Origin: a virus
Reading direction: 5' to 3' (one strand)
IMG/VR virus record: IMGVR_UViG_3300030109_006363
Coordinates: 4,713 to 68,712 of that record
DNA length: 64,000 bases
Within the stretch, counting starts at the first letter, position 1. The number at the start of each line of letters is the position of its first letter. Below the pieces are notes generated by a model, which made no database searches, was not told the DNA's origin, and saw only the letters and a list, made by a program, of their open reading frames with translations. Position numbers and translations under genes: made by a program. Positions 49,139-57,822 of this stretch are shown piece by piece.

Positions 49139-50878
49139 TTATAGCTGCCTCGGTATACCCGCTTGCCAATTATCTTGAGGATTTTCACCTAAGAACATAA
49201 ATCCACTTGATCTTAAATCTTCCATATCATCTAATACCTCATCCCCCATTCCAAAAACTACTGCAGAAACATTATTTGATCCTATACCTGTAATTTCTTC
49301 ATCTAAATATATAGAAGTAGGGTCTTCAAAATATTGAATACCAAAGTCCATAGGTTCAATTACACAAGGTTTGCCCATATCATCTACTTCGACTATATCA
49401 AAAAATCGTTCAGTTATTTCTTTTTCTAAGATAAACAATCCATAAAGCATAGCCATAACTCTATCATCATGAAAACCTCCTCTAGCTTTCCAAGTACCAT
49501 TAGGATAGCGTACAAAGTTTCTTAACTCAGCAACTGTTTCTTCCTCTCTAATACTTACTACTCTTATCTCATTCATAAAATAACGCATGTTGAGCACACC
49601 CTTGTACTTTGTATTAGTATGCGCTATCATGCCTCTCATTACATTTCTTCTATGAGCGTTTTTATTACCGTAAGAAACTATTTTATCGTAACTTAAATCT
49701 TCTGATAATCTATCCACTACCTGTGCGCCACAATTGTTTCTCTCTATGAGAGCTAAGGGAGACCCCCAGTTACGTAAAATTTTGTATAATCTATTAGTAA
49801 ACTCTAAAGGTGGGATCTTATTGTTTCTGTAGATAGCTACTTGCTTAATATCTTTAATATCAGTAATATCTAAAATCTGTATAACAGATGAATCGACGCC
49901 AACGCCTTCAGATATATCTACTCCTGCTACATATACCTTACTCTCATCTGGCTCTTCCCATATTTTATAATGACCATCGTCTAAAATAATTTTTGGCTCT
50001 ACTACCTTCGACATCATTTCTTCAAATAATTCATCATCTAAAGTAGATTCACCTGAATGAATAAACTCACATTCAAACTCCTGTAACCAAGCATCAGCTG
50101 AACCAATAGCTGTTTTAGTAGCCTGAGCCCATTGTTCATCTCTACCAGGAACCTCACTCCATTTTATCTTATCATGAGCCCATCCATTATCACCTTCTAT
50201 AGCTCCGCTGTATAATTTATAAAATAAGTTATCAGTGCCATTAGCTGTAGAACAAACAAATACTTTAGATTTTTTAGAAGAAGTAATAATAGGAAAGACT
50301 GATTTCCAAAACTCTTCTACTAAATGAGGTTCAATAAAAGCCATCTCATCAATAACTAAGCAGTTAACAGATTGACCTCGAGCAGCAGTACCAGTAGTAG
50401 TCGTAATACCTATTCTACTACCATTCTCTAATGTCATAGAAGTCTTAGCATACTCTTTTACAGGAGGCTTTAACCAGTTAGGCAACTCTTCATATGCCAT
50501 TCTAACTCTTTGAAAGATCTCTATTGCAGTAGCCTCTTTGTTTGCTACCAGAAGTATACGCTGATCATTATTAAAGCAGGCTTGCCACAAGATATAGATA
50601 GTCATCATCGTAGACTTACCAATCTGTCTAGAAGCTAAGAGACAAAAGAATCTATTGTCTCTCATCTTTCTAAGAGCTCTTTTCTGTGGCTTGAACAGTT
50701 GAATTTTTTCTTTACCTCTATCTAAGTTAACTATATGAAAGAAGTTTTCAGCAAAATATAGTATATTACTGCTTGCTTTTTTAAGGTCTTTTACTTGTTC
50801 TTTAGTATATTCACCCTTCCAGTTAACGTTGGGTAAATTTTTATTACCCATATAAAACATATTATCTTGTCTAGCCAC
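49139..50878 (-). CDS. Terminase large subunit (T4 gp17-like)
   Basis: ASRQIGKST, VANK, LPNWL, IDEMAF, STANG, QEFEC, GVDISEG, ERNN, HDDRVMA; start reassigned to GTG 50878 by the TAAATA box. Confidence 0.97.
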   Translation of the reverse strand: MARQDNMFYMGNKNLPNVNWKGEYTKEQVKDLKKASSNILYFAENFFHIVNLDRGKEKIQLFKPQKRALRKMRDNRFFCLLASRQIGKSTMMTIYILWQACFNNDQRILLVANKEATAIEIFQRVRMAYEELPNWLKPPVKEYAKTSMTLENGSRIGITTTTGTAARGQSVNCLVIDEMAFIEPHLVEEFWKSVFPIITSSKKSKVFVCSTANGTDNLFYKLYSGAIEGDNGWAHDKIKWSEVPGRDEQWAQATKTAIGSADAWLQEFECEFIHSGESTLDDELFEEMMSKVVEPKIILDDGHYKIWEEPDESKVYVAGVDISEGVGVDSSVIQILDITDIKDIKQVAIYRNNKIPPLEFTNRLYKILRNWGSPLALIERNNCGAQVVDRLSEDLSYDKIVSYGNKNAHRRNVMRGMIAHTNTKYKGVLNMRYFMNEIRVVSIREEETVAELRNFVRYPNGTWKARGGFHDDRVMAMLYGLFILEKEITERFFDIVEVDDMGKPCVIEPMDFGIQYFEDPTSIYLDEEITGIGSNNVSAVVFGMGDEVLDDMEDLRSSGFMFLGENPQDNWQAGIPRQL

Positions 50879-50910
50879 AGAAATATTTAGTAGGTAGCAT
50901 AAATAATTAC
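50879..50910. promoter_or_regulatory. Bidirectional late-promoter cassette (second copy)
   Basis: TATTTA (50884-50889), N10, TAAATA (50900-50905); shares TAGCATAAATAATTACATG with 8926-8944. Confidence 0.7.
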
Positions 50911-51891
50911 ATGTCAAAAGGAAAAGACTTTATATCATTAGGTGAAGCATACAAAGATATCTTCAACAAAGTAGTAGTTAACGAAGATGTTCCAGCTGGA
51001 ACGACAGGAGAAGCTCCTTTAACCAAAGAAGGAGGTCCTGAAGAAAAAGGAGGGTTTCGAAAGCCCCTCGTTGACTTAGATAATATGTCCGATAAAGATA
51101 AGAAGGATAATATTTATAATATTAAAGGCTATTCATACGGAGACGGTAACGACCCAGTTGATTGTCAATCGCCAAAACCAACAGGTCCAACTTTCGGTCA
51201 AGTTGCAACTACAGGAGCAGTTGGTCCTGAGGAAGATGAAGAAGATGAAGAAAAGCCTGATTATATTGATTTAGATAAAGATGGTGATAAAAAGGAGTCT
51301 ATGAAGAAAGCTGCTCAAGATAAGAAAGAAGAAAATGAAGAAAATGAAGAAGATGAAGAATTTTTAGGAGAACACGAGAAAATTGCACGAGATGGCCTAA
51401 ATAATTTTATGAGCAAGACTTCCGTATTTGATAAACTTTATAATAAAGTAATGGTAAACGAAAACTTCGGTGAAGATCAAGAAGATATCACTGATATTGA
51501 GGCACTTGGAATCGAAACCGATGAAGACGGTGGTGATGAGGGTGAAGTTACTATTACTATTTCGAAAGAATGTTGCGAAGAAATTCATGCAGCATGTGAA
51601 AAAGCACTCGGTGTAAGTGATGATGAGCCTGATGAGGACTTTGAAACAGCAGTTGCTTATGAAGAAGACGAAGAGGCAATTGATCCTGGTTCTGAGCTTC
51701 ATCACAATGTAAACATGGGAACCGGTGGAAGTAACAAGGTTGGTAGTTTGAAGCCTAAAGGAGCTGCTAAAGATAAAGCTGCTTCAGGAACAGTTGATCC
51801 TGGTTCTGAGCTTCATCATAAAGTAAACATGGGAACCGGTGGAAGTAACAAGGTTGGTAGTTTACAATCCGGCCAAGGTGCATTCGATTAA
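50911..51891 (+). CDS. Highly acidic probable prohead core/internal protein with DxDxDG motif and duplicated C-terminal peptide
   Basis: E/D-rich; DLDKDGDKKE; two copies of DPGSELHHxVNMGTGGSNKVGSL; internal in-frame start at 51409. Confidence 0.65.
   Translation: MSKGKDFISLGEAYKDIFNKVVVNEDVPAGTTGEAPLTKEGGPEEKGGFRKPLVDLDNMSDKDKKDNIYNIKGYSYGDGNDPVDCQSPKPTGPTFGQVATTGAVGPEEDEEDEEKPDYIDLDKDGDKKESMKKAAQDKKEENEENEEDEEFLGEHEKIARDGLNNFMSKTSVFDKLYNKVMVNENFGEDQEDITDIEALGIETDEDGGDEGEVTITISKECCEEIHAACEKALGVSDDEPDEDFETAVAYEEDEEAIDPGSELHHNVNMGTGGSNKVGSLKPKGAAKDKAASGTVDPGSELHHKVNMGTGGSNKVGSLQSGQGAFD
51680..51863. repeat. 70-bp direct repeat pair (51680-51749 and 51794-51863)
   Basis: TTGATCCTGGTTCTGAGCTTCATCA...GGTAGTTT twice, two mismatches, 114 bp apart. 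Confidence 0.92.
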
Positions 51892-51913
51892 AAAAAAGCT
51901 CAATAATTAAATT

Positions 51914-51950
51914 AAAAGAGCCCGTAGAGTAGACCTCTTCGGGCTTTTTT
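51914..51950 (+). terminator. Rho-independent terminator
   Basis: AGCCCG-T-AGAG / CTCT-T-CGGGCT hairpin followed by a T-run and preceded by an A-run. Confidence 0.75.
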
Positions 51951-51963
51951 AATAAATATAAGT

Positions 51964-52995
51964 GTGAAGATCTACAACAAAACTCTAAATAAAAAGTTTT
52001 GGTCTGATGATAGCTTTGATCCTGATATAAGGCAAAAATTATTAGCTATTACTTCAGATTTTATTAATGAGTTAGAATTAGATAATGTAAAGATACATGA
52101 TATTACTTTAACAGGTAGTAATAGTAATTACAATTACAACGATTTCTCTGACTTAGATGTGCATGTTCTTATTGATTATAAAGATATAAATGATGATGAA
52201 GATCTAGTTAAAGATGCGTTAGATGGTAAAAGATTTATATGGAATCAAAGACATAATATAAATTTTAGAGGACATGACGTTGAAATGTATGTGCAAGATA
52301 AAGACGAGCCTCATACAGCTTCAGGATTATATTCAATACAAGATGATAGCTGGTTAACTAAACCAACATATGATCCTCCCTCAGTTGATCTAAAGGATGT
52401 TTATAAAAAAGCTAATGCATTTGTAAAAGATACTCAAATATTAGAGGAAAAGCTTAGCGAAGTTAAAGGCAAAGAAGCTAGAGAGTTAAACGATGTTGCT
52501 AAAAAATTAAAGCAGAAGATCTCAAAAATGAGAAAAAGAGGCCTTGAGAGAGAAGGCGAGTTTAGCATAGAAAATTTAGCATTTAAAGTATTGCGTAATA
52601 CTAAAGTAATAGAAAAGTTAATAGACCTAATTGCTACATCTTATGATAAGATTTATATGGAAAACTTTAAAACATTTTTTGAATATTATCAAGGCGAAGA
52701 GCTTCTTAATCCTCATATGAGAGTGGGGAAGAATATTAATAGGGTAGGTTTAGCTAAAAAACATTTAAACACATTGCCTAAAAAATATAATCATAAATGC
52801 CCTCATGTTAATAATCTTCTTAATGGTGCAGCTAGTCAAATAAAATTAATGGGCATGCCTTTATTTGATACGTTAAATACTTACGGAGTACAATATCTGC
52901 CCGGGCAAACTAAAGTATTAGGTAACTCTGGTGTAGAAGTAAAAATGTTTGAAGATGAAGAAGGCAATCAATGCGGAATGTTAGCCAAGAGATAA
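51964..52995 (+). CDS. Pol-beta-superfamily nucleotidyltransferase with C-terminal extension
   Basis: LTGSNSNYNY...SDLDVHV (GS + DxD) and DVEMYVQD third carboxylate; late TAAATA box. Confidence 0.8.
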   Translation: MKIYNKTLNKKFWSDDSFDPDIRQKLLAITSDFINELELDNVKIHDITLTGSNSNYNYNDFSDLDVHVLIDYKDINDDEDLVKDALDGKRFIWNQRHNINFRGHDVEMYVQDKDEPHTASGLYSIQDDSWLTKPTYDPPSVDLKDVYKKANAFVKDTQILEEKLSEVKGKEARELNDVAKKLKQKISKMRKRGLEREGEFSIENLAFKVLRNTKVIEKLIDLIATSYDKIYMENFKTFFEYYQGEELLNPHMRVGKNINRVGLAKKHLNTLPKKYNHKCPHVNNLLNGAASQIKLMGMPLFDTLNTYGVQYLPGQTKVLGNSGVEVKMFEDEEGNQCGMLAKR

Positions 52996-52996
52996 A

Positions 52997-53794
52997 ATGT
53001 CAATATGTAACGAAAATAGATTAAACTGTACACCAGAAGAAGTATTAGCTGCTACTGCTATACCATCTTGTGGTAAATTAGTTAATCCATCTAACTTACA
53101 AGCTGAACAATTAGTCTTCGATCAAGCATACAACGATCTTATTAATAACTTTGGTATACCGGTAGATTACTATATAAACACTTTCAACTTATCAGCAGCA
53201 GATTTACTCTATGGAGAAGATTCCGTTAAACAGTATCAGGGTCCACTCTCAGGTGTACAAATGTATGTAGAATTAAATGATGATGCAGTAAACTTAACTA
53301 AGTTCGGCTTTGACCCAGGTGATGAATTTACGGCGTATGTTCATATTAGCACTTTTCATTCTGCTGCTTCTGCTTATTTTGATTATTCTTCTGTAGGTCA
53401 ATCTATAGAGCCTAAAGCTGGGGATGTAATAGACTTAACAGTATTGGGTTGTGATAGACCTAACGGAAGGGGCTCTGTTAAATATGAAATAACCGAAAGA
53501 ATGGATCAAGATATATCTACTCTTAATCCTATCTTAGGTCATTACATTTATAGATTGAGAGGTAAGAGATTAGACTTTACCTTCCAGAATGGTTTATCAA
53601 GCGAGAAAGCCAATCAGCAGGTTTATGATAATTCGTTTAGCGGTATATTATCAACCACTCTTACTGATCAACTTACATCAGATGGCAAGACTTATCCTAC
53701 TGAAGAGAATCCATATGACATAGACAACATATCTAAATCAGATGTTATGGATATGGATGTAAATGATACCGATATATACGGTTCATATTATTAA
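52997..53794 (+). CDS. Neck protein (T4 gp14-like)
   Basis: EQLV...LINNFG.PVDYY, LLYGED, LTKFG, EPKAGDVI. Confidence 0.8.
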   Translation: MSICNENRLNCTPEEVLAATAIPSCGKLVNPSNLQAEQLVFDQAYNDLINNFGIPVDYYINTFNLSAADLLYGEDSVKQYQGPLSGVQMYVELNDDAVNLTKFGFDPGDEFTAYVHISTFHSAASAYFDYSSVGQSIEPKAGDVIDLTVLGCDRPNGRGSVKYEITERMDQDISTLNPILGHYIYRLRGKRLDFTFQNGLSSEKANQQVYDNSFSGILSTTLTDQLTSDGKTYPTEENPYDIDNISKSDVMDMDVNDTDIYGSYY

Positions 53795-53798
53795 TCTT

Positions 53799-54722
53799 TT
53801 ACTTAGAGGCTGGAAGAGGCTGTTCTTGAGCTTCTACCGCTGCTACTATCTCAGCAGAGTCATGAATGTCTTCAATATTCTTATATGGGCATTCATAGAT
53901 AGTACCAGTAAAGTTATAATCAAAGAGATAAGAATCAATATTACCTTCTAAATATTCTTTTTTAGGACCTATATTATGATGAACATCATATCCAAATATT
54001 TTAGGTTGAGTAGCTACCCACAGTACAATAGATTTTTTATTTAATGCCGCGGCCGCATGTTGAAGAGATGAGTCAATAAACAACCTTTTATCAGCTACCC
54101 CGGTCATAGCAAAGAGAGCTTTTTTACCAATCGTCTTATCAAAACGATGACAATTGTTTAATTTAGGATGGAACTCATAGCATACATGAATAATATTATA
54201 TTTTGTAGCTAATGCATTCACTACTTCTTGAGCTATTTTAGGATGCATATCTCTGGTCCAAGAATAAGGATGTGTTTGGTGGTCGGGCCCTGGTCCTCCA
54301 AAAGGCTGAAAGAGTAGGGTAGGCCGGCCATCTTGCTTAAATTGATTTACGTAAGCAGACCCTTCTTCTAATTCTCTAAAATTAAAGTTAAGTTCTGGGC
54401 GTTCATCCTCATACTCAACTCCTGCCATTTCACACCATGTATCAATCAAATGAGTCTTCTTGGTAATATGGTTTGTAGTTCTATAAGGATCAGCACTATA
54501 CACTTCAACATCCTTACCTTGAATTACATCCTTGTAAAAGTATGGAGTTCTACCTATAACATAAAATCTACTTACATTAGGATTATTCATCCAAACCTCA
54601 GCCCAAGCTGATACAACAATAATATTACGCTCTGGTTTAGCTTTCTTATATGCTGCAACTACCGCAGTAGCTGCAATATTTTTACCTATACCCCCTTCAA
54701 TGTGAAAAACTGTAGTAGCCAT
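53799..54722 (-). CDS. Glycosyltransferase, GT9 / heptosyltransferase-like
   Basis: EGGIGKNI, QPFGG, IDSSLQHAAAAL...VLW....P..FGY. Confidence 0.75.
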   Translation of the reverse strand: MATTVFHIEGGIGKNIAATAVVAAYKKAKPERNIIVVSAWAEVWMNNPNVSRFYVIGRTPYFYKDVIQGKDVEVYSADPYRTTNHITKKTHLIDTWCEMAGVEYEDERPELNFNFRELEEGSAYVNQFKQDGRPTLLFQPFGGPGPDHQTHPYSWTRDMHPKIAQEVVNALATKYNIIHVCYEFHPKLNNCHRFDKTIGKKALFAMTGVADKRLFIDSSLQHAAAALNKKSIVLWVATQPKIFGYDVHHNIGPKKEYLEGNIDSYLFDYNFTGTIYECPYKNIEDIHDSAEIVAAVEAQEQPLPASK

Positions 54723-54753
54723 ACTATATGATTTAGTATGGTCACTCTATAAA

Positions 54754-57159
54754 TCAACACCCTAATGATATTTTTAAATCAGTACCATCGCGCCATACAA
54801 CTCCTAAGACGTCTGGGTTAGAAGTTGGAATAGATGATAAGAATAAACTATATGCATGAAGCATACATGAAGATACAGAAGTCAAATTAGATGTAACAAT
54901 AGCAGAATCAGTATGAGAGTTTTCTATTGTATTATTTCTACCGCCTCCAATAAAGCCGCACCCGCCTGATAAAGTATTGGTAGTACCTCCTACAATAACT
55001 GAATGGTTAGAGTTACATATTTTGTTAGTTTGACCTCCTGCAACAGTAGAAATTGTACTAGAACCACAGATACTGTTTTGTAATCCACCTCCTACAAAAT
55101 TCCCACAAGTAGCGTTTTCAATGTTTTGATTTCCTCCTACAACAACACTCGTTGGTGAATTAGCCTGGTTAATAACACCGCCACCAACGAAAGAACAGGT
55201 ACCACATGCACAGTTACCTTTACCCCCTGCAACAGTAGCATCATTAGCCACTGCTTTGTTTCCGCATCCCCCGGCTATAGTAGCATGATCACCTGAAGTA
55301 GCATCATTACTACAGCCTCCTCCGATAGTTGCACCTGTATCATTAACTTGATTAGTATACCCACCACCTATATTACCAAATGTTCCAGCAGTTCCTATAC
55401 AGTTATTGTCGCCTCCTGCAACTGAACTGCAGGTAGCTAAAGCGCAGTTTTTACTTCCCCCTAATATTGATGCGTGGCAACCAGTTATACAGTTATCAAC
55501 CCCTCCTACTATTACACCAAACTCAGAATTAGTACAACCCATTGAGTTACCTAACCCTGCACCAATAAAAGAACCCTTTCCACAAGTTTTGTTAGCACTA
55601 CCTCCTCCAATAAATGCACCGGTAACTGAACCTGTAAGAGTATTATTACACCCTCCAACAATAACAGTCATACAACCTCCGTTGTCCGTATTAGTATCAC
55701 CTCCTCCTATAAAGGAATGACTACTACATCCAGTATTCGCGCACCCTCCTGCTCGTACTGATCTAGTTCCTGTAGCATCATTTCTATATCCACCTCCTAC
55801 AAAAACTTGACAACCTCCAGCACAGTTCTGATAACCTCCTGTAACTGCAGCAAAATCACCACAAACTTTATTTTCTTGACCACCTGCTATAGTACCGTGG
55901 CAATGATTAGCTGTTATTGCATTGCTTTGTCCACCTCCAATAGAACCATAATCTGCGTCAGCAGCAACTGAATTTTCTTGACCTCCAGGTATAGTAACAT
56001 AGTCAGAATTTGATGTTACCTCGTTGCAAAATCCTCCTCCTACAAAACTACTATTACTATATATCGTATGTGCTTTTCCACCTATTGCAATACTGCAATT
56101 TCCCATAACAGTATTAGACTCACCGCCTAAAGCTACTGAATGAACACCAGAGGCAGAGTTATTTTTACCTCCACCAACAATACCATATTTTCCATCAGCG
56201 GTATTAGACTCACCGCCACCAACAACTGCACAAGCAGCTCCTCCAGTATTACTGGTTCCTCCTCCTACAAATGATTCTTTTTGAGTAGCGCTGTTACCAG
56301 ATCCCCCTCCTATAAATGCACCACTTCCTGATACAGTATTTGTACTTCCTCCAACTATAGAACTAGCTGCTCCTGTAACTTTATTAATATGCCCTCCACC
56401 AGCAAAAGCACTTAGACCTGTTACACAGTTACATGTGCCTCCGCCTACAAACGACGCTTTACCAATAGCACATGAACTCAACCCACCTACTAAAGAAGAA
56501 TAGTCACCACGAGCTTGATTAGTCTTACCACCTGCAATAGTAGCAGAATCACCTGTTACAGTGTTACCAAGGCCTCCTGCTATAGTACTACAATCTCCAC
56601 TAGTAGTATTTTCCCTACCTACGCTATATGAAAATGAACCACTAGTAGTATTGCTGCAACCACCTGCAACAACCGCTCCGCATGCGGATGCTGTATTACC
56701 AGCACCACCTCCTACTGTAGCATCTCCTGATGAAGCTGTATTGCTTTTTCCTCCTAAAATTGACCCGCAAGTAGCGCTTACCGTGTTGGCATGACCACCA
56801 CCTATAACGCCATTTACAGCAGTAACGTCATTTCCACAGCCTCCGCCTACTATACCACAATTGCCTGAAACTGTATTATCTCTACCTCCTGCAATAGTAG
56901 CTACTGTACCAGTGTTAGTATGCGTAGCTACAGTACCTATAGTTAAGGTAGACATTCCACTAATAGCTCCCAAGAAGGTTTGCGTACAAGCAAAGCGATT
57001 ATTCTTAAAAGGTGATGCTAGATGATCTTGACCGGATAAAAATGATTGAAATGAGCTGATAGGAGCTGCAACTGTAGCACTATCCTCAACCATTGCAAAA
57101 AGTTCTTCACCTTCGTACGGTGTACAAGCTATAGTAAGTTCGGATATCTTCTTTCCCAT
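54754..57159 (-). CDS. Long repetitive Gly/Cys-rich beta-roll fibre/adhesin (YadA-head-like)
   Basis: Dozens of 14-15 aa xxIxGGxxNxxxxx repeats; N-terminal KISEL and C-terminal IPTSNP...GVVWRDG.LKIS fibre motifs. Confidence 0.75.
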   Translation of the reverse strand: MGKKISELTIACTPYEGEELFAMVEDSATVAAPISSFQSFLSGQDHLASPFKNNRFACTQTFLGAISGMSTLTIGTVATHTNTGTVATIAGGRDNTVSGNCGIVGGGCGNDVTAVNGVIGGGHANTVSATCGSILGGKSNTASSGDATVGGGAGNTASACGAVVAGGCSNTTSGSFSYSVGRENTTSGDCSTIAGGLGNTVTGDSATIAGGKTNQARGDYSSLVGGLSSCAIGKASFVGGGTCNCVTGLSAFAGGGHINKVTGAASSIVGGSTNTVSGSGAFIGGGSGNSATQKESFVGGGTSNTGGAACAVVGGGESNTADGKYGIVGGGKNNSASGVHSVALGGESNTVMGNCSIAIGGKAHTIYSNSSFVGGGFCNEVTSNSDYVTIPGGQENSVAADADYGSIGGGQSNAITANHCHGTIAGGQENKVCGDFAAVTGGYQNCAGGCQVFVGGGYRNDATGTRSVRAGGCANTGCSSHSFIGGGDTNTDNGGCMTVIVGGCNNTLTGSVTGAFIGGGSANKTCGKGSFIGAGLGNSMGCTNSEFGVIVGGVDNCITGCHASILGGSKNCALATCSSVAGGDNNCIGTAGTFGNIGGGYTNQVNDTGATIGGGCSNDATSGDHATIAGGCGNKAVANDATVAGGKGNCACGTCSFVGGGVINQANSPTSVVVGGNQNIENATCGNFVGGGLQNSICGSSTISTVAGGQTNKICNSNHSVIVGGTTNTLSGGCGFIGGGRNNTIENSHTDSAIVTSNLTSVSSCMLHAYSLFLSSIPTSNPDVLGVVWRDGTDLKISLGC

Positions 57160-57171
57160 ACTTATATTTAT

Positions 57172-57417
57172 TTACTTCGGTGCTTTTAACCGGCAACAAA
57201 CAGCAATAACTGTTGCTAGCACGCCAGATAACAATAAATGCTTCTTAAAACTTTCAATGTTTTCAGTTACATTACAATATAAATCTCCATCTGTAGTTAA
57301 CGCTCCTTTATTTAAAGCTTCTAAATAGACGTTAACCATGTCTACACAAAAATACCCTCTAATAACGAATGCTAGAATAATAGCTGCTAAAATATATACT
57401 AGATATTTTGGTTTCAT
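57172..57417 (-). CDS. Small two-TM membrane protein
   Basis: Two hydrophobic segments; coupled to the upstream gene by a 1-nt overlap. Confidence 0.6.
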   Translation of the reverse strand: MKPKYLVYILAAIILAFVIRGYFCVDMVNVYLEALNKGALTTDGDLYCNVTENIESFKKHLLLSGVLATVIAVCCRLKAPK

Positions 57418-57734
57418 TATTTTTTAATAACCTTTTCCGGGTTATCTGCAAATTTTTTACCAAGTTTTACTATTCCCTCAATGACCTCAGGTGATATAAC
57501 ACCAATAATTCCATATGTTACCGCTTTATAAAGTGAAGATATCTCTGTTTGTTCAAGTATAAACCATGCTATCCCAGCTGATATACCAGCAGTAAGTATT
57601 TTTTTAAGTTGTTGGCCCCAAGTGTAATTATTTTCTCCTGATAGTAAACGCGCTAACATAGCGCCGGCCCCAATCAAAGGCACGACCCATCCTCCGCTTA
57701 GAAACTCTTTAAGTAGGGATTTTTCAGGTTCCAT
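57417..57734 (-). CDS. Holin-like membrane protein
   Basis: 105 aa, about three hydrophobic segments, charged C-terminus; late TAAATA box. Confidence 0.5.
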   Translation of the reverse strand: MEPEKSLLKEFLSGGWVVPLIGAGAMLARLLSGENNYTWGQQLKKILTAGISAGIAWFILEQTEISSLYKAVTYGIIGVISPEVIEGIVKLGKKFADNPEKVIKK

Positions 57735-57822
57735 TTTATATATTTATGGATAAAACTATGTAGTTCTAGAGAATAGTAAGTTTATTATTGATTTCTAATT
57801 ATTCAGTATATAATATTAGATA

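Noticed and set aside
50878-50917. ORF-track N-terminal extensions of gp17 (also gp3 at 49169, 17781 and 34211)
   Set aside because: They overlap neighbouring genes or promoters; TAAATA spacing or gene packing points to downstream starts.
51680-51863. 70-bp repeat pair as a DGR template/variable repeat or mini-CRISPR
   Set aside because: Both copies are in frame in one gene, the two differences are not a consistent adenine-mutagenesis pattern, and no reverse transcriptase is in the window.
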